IMG/VR virus record: IMGVR_UViG_3300033153_010125
Span: 1,612-65,611 of that record
Strand: one strand, 5' to 3'
Length of the DNA: 64,000 nt
Source: a virus
Taxonomy: Duplodnaviria > Caudoviricetes
Part shown: in pieces, positions 57,529 to 64,000 of the stretch
Position numbering within the stretch: the first letter of the stretch is position 1
How the letters are laid out: every line of letters begins with the position of its first letter
Notes under the pieces: generated by a model
Seen by the model: only the letters and a program-made list of their open reading frames with translations
What the model was told of the DNA's origin: nothing
The model's database searches: none
Made by a program: the position numbers and the translations under genes

Positions 57529-57846
57529 TTAGCGGTGTCTTATTTGGACCTTCACCGGTTTACCATCCCAGATAGTAGCAATACCGAATTGCATTTTAAG
57601 CTCCCCATTCTCAGTCACCTTCTTACGGAACTCTTGACCCTTCTTACTTCCATGTGGAGATTTAGTAAACACTTCAAGAGGTTGTACAGTATAAGCAACA
57701 TATCCAGGAGCTGCTTCAAGTTTCTCAACCTTTTCTTTTTTTAACTCTCGTAGGGTAATTGACTTTTCTGTCTCCTTAATCACTTTGAAGAACTGAACAA
57801 GGTTATCATCATCACCCCAGTTATATACGTAAATTTTGTTTTCCAT
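57529..57846 (-). CDS. Phage hypothetical protein
   Basis: 'YNWGDDDNLVQFFKVIK.TEKSITLREL'. Confidence 0.6.
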   Translation of the reverse strand: MENKIYVYNWGDDDNLVQFFKVIKETEKSITLRELKKEKVEKLEAAPGYVAYTVQPLEVFTKSPHGSKKGQEFRKKVTENGELKMQFGIATIWDGKPVKVQIRHR

Positions 57847-57909
57847 GGTTATTTAAATTAAAACAAGCCCCCACGAAGGAGGGCCTGTAGTTCTTATCAG
57901 GGAGGGTTA

Positions 57910-58263
57910 TTATTCTTCTTCGTCTTTAGAGGCAGCTCCACGTTTTTCTTTTGTAGTGTCTACATCATTTTCAGAGTCATTATTTTCACCACCATCCTCT
58001 TTTCCTTCTGGGGGTTTAGTGTTTTCATCTAAATCGATTGGTCCGGGACCAGCTGATCCTTCATCAGTAACCTCATCAGTAACCTCTTCCCCAGGTTCTC
58101 CATAAACTTTGTCAAAATCTTCTATTGGAACCCATCCTTTTTTGTCAGTTGAGGTATCTACTATTAAGAATGAGGTTGCATTCTTTCTAATGATCTCGAT
58201 TGTTACCTCTTCATTGTCAGATCTTCTCATTACAAGATATGATCTACCTACTTGAACTTTCAT
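57910..58263 (-). CDS. Hypothetical protein with acidic tail
   Basis: 117 aa; TACATTCG promoter-like box upstream. Confidence 0.55.
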   Translation of the reverse strand: MKVQVGRSYLVMRRSDNEEVTIEIIRKNATSFLIVDTSTDKKGWVPIEDFDKVYGEPGEEVTDEVTDEGSAGPGPIDLDENTKPPEGKEDGGENNDSENDVDTTKEKRGAASKDEEE

Positions 58264-58394
58264 ATATACGTATTTATTGGTTATTATGTGGCGAATGTAA
58301 GTATAAATTGTTTTCTATCCAAATTTACAACCAAGTTTGTCCAGTTTTTTAATTAATTAACTGGAGATTCTGTCACAATTGTTTACTAAATTTG

Positions 58395-58817
58395 TTACAA
58401 ATCTATTGCGACACCTTCCCCAATTAGATCGGATTTCCAATCAAAATGTTTCTCGTCTAACCACTTAGCAGCCTCTATCCATTTCTTAGTAGTGAGATTG
58501 TACCCACCCTCATTCATAAGGGACTCTACAAAGTTGGTTACTGAGATAACTCCAATAATATCTGCAAGTTCATATCTTAGATCATTTTCTATATCTAGTA
58601 GATCTGATAATGGACGCAGAAGAAGTCTTATTTCGAAGAATGATTTACCTGTTGAGCCACCTTCATAGGTAAAATGTGGGGTGTTGTTTAAGATATAATG
58701 ACCGGTGATATGTGAGTATTCAATACCTACATAGTCGCTAAGGTGATTAAGGATCTTTATTTTCACCTTATGGGGGAGATACCCGTAAACGGCCTCAAGG
58801 AGTTCTTGATTTTTCAT
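58395..58817 (-). CDS. Bacteroidota-phage hypothetical protein
   Basis: 'YLPH.VK...LLLRPLSDL...WL..KHFD...LI..G.AID'; TATATTTG box 5 nt upstream. Confidence 0.65.
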   Translation of the reverse strand: MKNQELLEAVYGYLPHKVKIKILNHLSDYVGIEYSHITGHYILNNTPHFTYEGGSTGKSFFEIRLLLRPLSDLLDIENDLRYELADIIGVISVTNFVESLMNEGGYNLTTKKWIEAAKWLDEKHFDWKSDLIGEGVAIDL

Positions 58818-58978
58818 AGTCTTCAAATATATAAATAAAATGTGTATTGGCCAAAAGAAATAGGTTTATCGCTCAATCTATACCCATATATCGCTCATAT
58901 TATGTAAAAAATGAGCTTCAACTGGCATCTATTTGAGCTACAAACTTTCGGCAGTATAATTAAACTACTGCCAATAGA

Positions 58979-59095
58979 TTAACATCTCTCCTTACACCTT
59001 GAACATTTGAAATATGAAATTACACCGGTTTTTGTACGCTTGTTAACATAGTAGGGCCTAGTGTGTCCGAATATTCTACATAGCAATCTTTTCAT
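58979..59095 (-). CDS. 38-aa DUF1660-like Zn-binding peptide
   Basis: MKRLLCRIFGH...FKCSRCKERC. Confidence 0.55.
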   Translation of the reverse strand: MKRLLCRIFGHTRPYYVNKRTKTGVISYFKCSRCKERC

Positions 59096-59105
59096 TCTTA
59101 ACTTA

Positions 59106-59303
59106 TTATTGCCCCGAAGGGGTTCGCAAATTTTTATCTACCGGAGCGTCATCCAAAGGGGTTAGTATCTTAACGTCTTCTACTTCACAAACCTCGTTGG
59201 GGCAAAAATAGAGTGAAACTATTCCTTCACCTTCCATACTATAGTCCTCATAAGAGAAGTCATTGCTCCATATTAGTTCTGTTTTACAGTTCTTACACTC
59301 CAT
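59106..59303 (-). CDS. Small Zn-binding protein
   Basis: C..C..ELIW..DF..EDY...GEGIV....CPN..C. Confidence 0.6.
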   Translation of the reverse strand: MECKNCKTELIWSNDFSYEDYSMEGEGIVSLYFCPNEVCEVEDVKILTPLDDAPVDKNLRTPSGQ

Positions 59304-59577
59304 CTTGTATTTCTTTAATCACCTTGTTTACTACACGAATCCTTTTTCTACGCCTATTGACATTCCACCAAAAACCTCCATGCCTTTTTTTATTTCTGGG
59401 TTTAAACTTTAAAAACTCAGGGAAGTGGTCATGTATAACATTAGGCCCTGGAGATATATAAATGCCCATAGCTTCTTCATACCCCACTGTAATACAGTAG
59501 CAAATACCATAGGAGGTTTGAAGCTTTTCTTTAGTAACCTCTAGGATTGCTATTCTTTGTTGTTTTGTCAGATTCAT
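59293..59577 (-). CDS. Hypothetical protein
   Basis: 94 aa, GICYCI...FPEF..F.P...FWW. Confidence 0.55.
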   Translation of the reverse strand: MNLTKQQRIAILEVTKEKLQTSYGICYCITVGYEEAMGIYISPGPNVIHDHFPEFLKFKPRNKKRHGGFWWNVNRRRKRIRVVNKVIKEIQDGV

Positions 59578-59804
59578 TGGTTTTTTAAGCTTAATTCCTC
59601 AACTGTGGGTGTAAGAACGCCCTTATCCCAAGTATAAGAGATGTGATATCTATGTCCAACTTCTTCTTTTAATTCGCCAAAGAATGTAGAAACCTTCTTA
59701 TGTGGAGGGACTTTTGTGTTAAAAATCCAACCTGTCTTAGACAAGGTTCCCCCTAACTGCTCTAAGAAGTGGTATATTTTAGACAACTGTCTTCCCTCGC
59801 TCAT
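59574..59804 (-). CDS. Hypothetical protein
   Basis: 76 aa, ATGA overlap. Confidence 0.5.
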   Translation of the reverse strand: MSEGRQLSKIYHFLEQLGGTLSKTGWIFNTKVPPHKKVSTFFGELKEEVGHRYHISYTWDKGVLTPTVEELSLKNQ

Positions 59805-59810
59805 ATCCTT

Positions 59811-60410
59811 TTACTTTTTATAAGGTTCTGGGAGGTGCATCCACCCAACTACGTTTTCTATTGAGTCAGTAACTACTTGACCGTAATAAGGTTCTATCCA
59901 GTTATGCATATCACTACTCTCCTTAAAATAGGCCTCTTGTACATATTTAACCTTCTTACCTTGAACAGTTACTAAGTACGTTCCGGACTTTCTAGGAGGA
60001 TCGGTAATAGGATCTCTCCATGGCACAGTACTATTTACAAAAGCCTTGAGACCATCAACAATTTGCTGATCATTCTCGATCTTCTTGCCTTTATACATAA
60101 TGTCTCCATTAGCTCTCAACAGTAGAATAGATTTATTATCTACATGAAAGTCTAAAGAGTTTTGTTCAGTAGCTAGATTAACAGCTGTGATATTTATCTC
60201 AGGCTCCTCTATAAGAGGCTCACCTGTGTCCAGATTGATTAGAAACACTTCACCATCCTCTAGTCCAAATTTCTCGAGCTGTTGATGCGTCCAGATATAA
60301 CAAAGATCTGCAGTTGCAGGTTTACCTTTTTTGACCCAAGATGGTATTATAAAAACAACCTTCCCTGCAGGATGGGTATAATCGATAGCGACTTTATATT
60401 CATTATCCAT
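59811..60410 (-). CDS. Hypothetical protein with C-terminal DUF551-like domain
   Basis: 'W......PP..SGTYLVT...VVGWMHLPEPYK'. Confidence 0.6.
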   Translation of the reverse strand: MDNEYKVAIDYTHPAGKVVFIIPSWVKKGKPATADLCYIWTHQQLEKFGLEDGEVFLINLDTGEPLIEEPEINITAVNLATEQNSLDFHVDNKSILLLRANGDIMYKGKKIENDQQIVDGLKAFVNSTVPWRDPITDPPRKSGTYLVTVQGKKVKYVQEAYFKESSDMHNWIEPYYGQVVTDSIENVVGWMHLPEPYKK

Positions 60411-60745
60411 TAGTCTTCTTTTTGAATTACAATTGTATGATCAATGATGTTTGTAATAACAGGTGTAGAACCACTTCCACAACAATCACATCCTCCTTCG
60501 GTTATAGTTTCTGCAACTGTTGTTGCATCTGCTTCTGTTAAAAAGGCTCCTGTTAAAGTATGCCAATCGATTGTATTCGTCCAGGCTCCATTGAATGGAC
60601 TTGCTGCACTATGTACATTTGTTGTATCTACTACAGGGATATAATGATACATACCAGTATCTACTTTTTCTATAAACCACAGTGTACCACCTTCGTTGTA
60701 CCTTCTGTGAATTTCATCTTGTTCTCTGTCTTTGTAAAATCTCAT
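60410..60745 (-). CDS. Hypothetical protein
   Basis: 111 aa, GGCDCCG. Confidence 0.55.
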   Translation of the reverse strand: MRFYKDREQDEIHRRYNEGGTLWFIEKVDTGMYHYIPVVDTTNVHSAASPFNGAWTNTIDWHTLTGAFLTEADATTVAETITEGGCDCCGSGSTPVITNIIDHTIVIQKED

Positions 60746-60756
60746 ATTATTGGTTT

Positions 60757-61116
60757 TTATTTTTTAATTAACTCTTCCCCATCTAAAGCAAAGTAAAGAT
60801 TTTGTAATTGATGTATGTATTCTATTGTTGCACAATTAACTTTATCACCTCTCATGTTGTAAACATAAAAATGCCAACAATTTATAATATTATCATAAAC
60901 CAAATCATAAGCCAATAAACCTTCTTCCGTCATACATAGTCTATCCCAATTAAACTTAACTAACTCCTCTTCTGTTAGGGGGATGGGCTTATATATCTCA
61001 CGCCATGCTCCTTTAGAGTCACACATGTTCATTAAATCTCCTGGAGAAACGGCTAAGGGGGTTCCATTCATGTTTACCAAATTCCCTATCCTTAATTCAT
61101 TTGCTAGTGTTCCCAT
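60757..61116 (-). CDS. Bacteroidota-phage hypothetical protein
   Basis: 'ANELRIGNLV...KPIPLTEE.L.KF...YIHQLQNLYFAL.GEEL'. Confidence 0.7.
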   Translation of the reverse strand: MGTLANELRIGNLVNMNGTPLAVSPGDLMNMCDSKGAWREIYKPIPLTEEELVKFNWDRLCMTEEGLLAYDLVYDNIINCWHFYVYNMRGDKVNCATIEYIHQLQNLYFALDGEELIKK

Positions 61117-61119
61117 TTT

Positions 61120-61350
61120 TTAATGTATTGATTCATGTTTACCACAATACTTACAATTGCAAGCTGTTGTACCGTCATTCATATAGAAGCTACACTTCTT
61201 TTCAGTTCCGGATTCCAAAAGCTGTTGTTCAAGCCACTCTACATATAAATCACTAAATCCAACACCATTACCAAGCATGGGCTTCATATTAGACTCCTGT
61301 TTATACTTCATCCGGAGATCAAGCTTGTTTTTAAATGTTGGTTGGTTCAT
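61120..61350 (-). CDS. Hypothetical protein
   Basis: 'YVEWLEQQL', C-terminal CKYCGKH. Confidence 0.55.
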   Translation of the reverse strand: MNQPTFKNKLDLRMKYKQESNMKPMLGNGVGFSDLYVEWLEQQLLESGTEKKCSFYMNDGTTACNCKYCGKHESIH

Positions 61351-61579
61351 CTTTTTTTAAGTATGTGAATAGAGTTGTTTTAAAGAGCCGAAAAATAATC
61401 CCATCTAGAAACCATATAGGCGCCCCTAAGAATAGGCAAACTTGGATAAAGGTATAGAATTCTTCACGGGTCATTGTGTGAGAGGGGTACCATAACTCCC
61501 TATGAATTTTAGCCTTGTGCCAAATAAATAGATTCGAGACCCACATCAACACCCATATTAGTATAAGTATTATTCCCAT
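61331..61579 (-). CDS. Small membrane protein
   Basis: Two hydrophobic segments. Confidence 0.5.
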   Translation of the reverse strand: MGIILILIWVLMWVSNLFIWHKAKIHRELWYPSHTMTREEFYTFIQVCLFLGAPIWFLDGIIFRLFKTTLFTYLKKDEPTNI

Positions 61580-61584
61580 TGGTT

Positions 61585-61890
61585 CTATTTTATATGTTCT
61601 GTTAAATCAATTATTTTCCGTATCCATGTTTTGGGGATCTTGAAGACTCCTCCAAACACCTCACTATGTATACATCTCTTATTTGCTATAATCATGTATT
61701 CATCAGTCTCTTCCAGAATAAACCCAACCTCTATGGTTTCCCAACTTTGGTCAGCTCCCATTTCTTTACACTCCTCTAGAGAATTCCATGCTATACTAGA
61801 TGTGATCGTTACGGCATCACACCATACAATATAAACTAGCCTTAATTCCTCCTCGGTTTTTTCCGGTGTACAGCGATTGTTTTCTCCCAT
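61585..61890 (-). CDS. Phage hypothetical protein
   Basis: 'LVYIVWCDA...W...EVGFILEET...IPK.WI.KI'. Confidence 0.6.
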   Translation of the reverse strand: MGENNRCTPEKTEEELRLVYIVWCDAVTITSSIAWNSLEECKEMGADQSWETIEVGFILEETDEYMIIANKRCIHSEVFGGVFKIPKTWIRKIIDLTEHIK

Positions 61891-61897
61891 GGTTTTA

Positions 61898-62116
61898 TTA
61901 ATTTAAAGGTGCTGCTCTCCTCTGTTTTTCTATTTCATCAATATGTTCTATCAAGGCCTCCCCTAAAGCCCTAATATGTTTACGAGAGATCAGTATTGTA
62001 GCAGTCTCCCCTGCAATAAATGCTATTGTTGTGAAACCTTTATCGGTTTTTACCTCAATTCTTTCCCCAAGTTTTTTTCCTATGGGGGTCTCTACTATTG
62101 TTAACTTTGCTTTCAT
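61898..62116 (-). CDS. Hypothetical protein
   Basis: Start moved to MKAKLT, 4 nt after TACATTTG. Confidence 0.55.
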   Translation of the reverse strand: MKAKLTIVETPIGKKLGERIEVKTDKGFTTIAFIAGETATILISRKHIRALGEALIEHIDEIEKQRRAAPLN

Positions 62117-62175
62117 GTTCCAAATGTATATATAAATAAACACTGTTCCAAATAAAATCCTTATTTAGAATCATT

Positions 62176-62466
62176 CTAAATATCACTTGGGTCCCAGATT
62201 ACCATTTTATGAGATGTGTGTGAAGGGCTTCCGGGATATACACTATCAAAAGAAGGACTATCTTGTACTGATATTGTGCTGAGGTATTTACTTGGAGCCT
62301 CAATTGTTCCATATCCCCTATATATCTGAAACCCTCCCTCACTCTTTGTCAGGATCCATCCATTATTTCCTTCAGATCTTCCGTGTTGTATAAATCTACG
62401 TAGATCAGAATAACTATAGTGGTATGTAATGGTACCCCCCTTATTTGTTTTATTAGCAAAATACAT
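62176..62466 (-). CDS. Hypothetical protein
   Basis: 96 aa ORF. Confidence 0.45.
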   Translation of the reverse strand: MYFANKTNKGGTITYHYSYSDLRRFIQHGRSEGNNGWILTKSEGGFQIYRGYGTIEAPSKYLSTISVQDSPSFDSVYPGSPSHTSHKMVIWDPSDI

Positions 62467-62480
62467 AATCCCAAATGTTT

Positions 62481-62777
62481 TTAAGAACCCTTCGTTATTT
62501 TATCTACCTTAGTATGTGTAAAGACACCAGTGATTTTAGTAGGATCTATTTGAGTAATTGTGTTGTTACTCGCTCTCCTGCATAGGTACTTATCAATACT
62601 CAACATGGTAATAACTTTTTCCAAACCATGCCCTGTTACTAATTTTTTAGAGACCCTAATTTTATCAAGTACAAGATAATACTGGTGGTGGGTAACAGGA
62701 AATTTCATGTATTCATTAGCAGACTTCTCTGTGGTCTCCTGTTTTACTATCTGTATCTCTATGTATTTTCCAACCAT
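62481..62777 (-). CDS. Hypothetical protein
   Basis: Start moved to MVGKYI, 5 nt after TACATTTG. Confidence 0.5.
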   Translation of the reverse strand: MVGKYIEIQIVKQETTEKSANEYMKFPVTHHQYYLVLDKIRVSKKLVTGHGLEKVITMLSIDKYLCRRASNNTITQIDPTKITGVFTHTKVDKITKGS

Positions 62778-63509
62778 AGCCCCAAATGTATTTAAAAATA
62801 GATTGGTATCCAAATAAAAAATAGATTTTGTAACAAAGACAGGGTTGTTTTAGTGGATTTTTGTAACAGAATAGGGGTTCTTTTTATATGCCCCTACATA
62901 TAGATTAAAAGGATTGATCTATTTTATATGCATTTAGATATAAGCTGTATAGATTATAAGTGGGTTTATAAGCGTATAGGATTATACATAGATTCAGGGG
63001 GGGCTAAATAGATGATGCAAGAAATTTGCAATATCTATAAAAAATTGATCTATGTATTTTATTTCTCAACCTACCTAATCAAAACCCTCCCCCCCTCGTG
63101 AGATTTTTTGCCCCCACCCCCCCACAAAACAAATATTTGGATTTTCCAAATTTTAAAGCACTTATTTTTGTCTCCTAAAAAAGATTTATTTTTACTTGCA
63201 TATGTCAATAATTTGTTGTATATGTAGATACTACCTATTTTGGGGGCTTACTACCTATACACATAAAAGTTGAGATATCCTAATTTGGGGGCTTATTTAG
63301 ACTGAGTATAAACAAGCATTCAATTGAAATTAGGCCCTATTTTATTTGGTCAATCTATACATTATACGTATCTTTAAGTAAGGCCAACGGGCTAGATAAT
63401 ACAATTGAAATCGTTAAATTTTACACAAAATAAATTGCTTTTTTCTTGCAAATTATTTGCAATAACGGTTAATTGTTTGTATATTAGTAGTAAGTAATAA
63501 CACAACAAA

Positions 63510-63761
63510 ATGAGTAAAAAACTAGCATATCACCAGAGACTAAAAGAGGCCTATAATATCAAGCCTTCCAAGTCAACAAAATATTTGCCAACTGCAAATG
63601 AAAACCTATTGAAAATTGAAAAGATTGGTAAATTACATAAGGCCGCTAAAATGGTTAAAATGCAAGGCAAAAAAGATGCTATAGAAGGGGCCTTTATGAA
63701 TCAGGCGTTCAAATCGAATAGAGCAGATGAGCAAAGGAGACAAAGAAGAGCGAAACGGTAA
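63510..63761 (+). CDS. Basic hypothetical protein, first gene of a new plus-strand block
   Basis: 83 aa; preceded by TTGCA...TATATTAG promoter-like sequence. Confidence 0.55.
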   Translation: MSKKLAYHQRLKEAYNIKPSKSTKYLPTANENLLKIEKIGKLHKAAKMVKMQGKKDAIEGAFMNQAFKSNRADEQRRQRRAKR

Positions 63762-63786
63762 AGAGTAGAATACATATATTTTAAAT

Positions 63787-63905
63787 GGGTGGTGACCACA
63801 CCCCTAAAAAGTTCCTGATAGAGTTGGAACCACAGACGGACAAAAATAGTGCAAATCCTATTATCATTGGGGTTGGTCTGTTCAGAGTCGAACGGGTTTA
63901 GGTCT
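63787..63905 (+). ncRNA. Candidate structured RNA
   Basis: GC-enriched intergenic segment with several nested stems; not assigned to any family. Confidence 0.3.
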
Positions 63906-63944
63906 ATAAGATGCTCAAACTATTATTAAGTAAATTAAATTGTT

Positions 63945-64000
63945 ATGAAAAATATCAAAATCGAATTATTACAAGCGGATAAGAGTCCACTAACTTTTAT
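63945..64000 (+). CDS. Partial ORF at window edge
   Basis: ATG after AT-rich leader, MKNIKIELLQADKSPLTF..., open to the edge. Confidence 0.4.
   Translation, partial: MKNIKIELLQADKSPLTF

Noticed and set aside
63811-63830. CTGATAGAG resembling a hammerhead ribozyme core
   Set aside because: Does not match CUGANGA with a correctly placed GAAA and stems; folds better as a simple GTTCC/GGAAC hairpin
63845-63862. GTGCAAATCC resembling part of a cobalamin riboswitch or tRNA T-arm
   Set aside because: No B12 box or other riboswitch elements, and no cloverleaf
1-64000. Stop-codon reassignment as in some crAss-like phages
   Set aside because: Terminase, portal, capsid and fibre genes are full length in the standard code, and TAA, TAG and TGA all serve as stops

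Overview
AT-rich segment of a large Bacteroidota-infecting tailed phage with Crassvirales-like (crAss-like / Cellulophaga-Flavobacterium podovirus-type) organisation, readable in the standard genetic code. 1-42.6 kb (minus strand) is the late virion block: terminase, portal, scaffold, major capsid, ring/adaptor, auxiliary capsid and fibre proteins, a lysis cassette, and a tail muzzle/stabilisation gene running off the left edge. 43.0-54.2 kb (plus strand) encodes a TnpB-derived protein, RecA, a GIY-YIG nuclease, an SSB-like protein, a T5 A1-like phosphoesterase, GroEL, GroES, guanylate kinase, a glucosaminidase and three very basic small proteins. 54.3-62.8 kb (minus strand) holds small accessory ORFs, including an ECF-type sigma factor. 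A ~700 bp non-coding strand-switch region and the start of a plus-strand block follow. Main observations: (1) an apparently nuclease-dead TnpB derivative that seems to carry two tandem REC/WED lobes, heading the recA operon; (2) a late-promoter class with a TCTAAT box exactly 33 nt upstream of the Bacteroidota TAnnTTTG box in seven copies; (3) one such promoter drives an isolated trio of protamine-like genes with identical 18-nt junctions; (4) a candidate structured ncRNA at 63.8-63.9 kb. All family assignments come from motif recognition by eye, not database searches.
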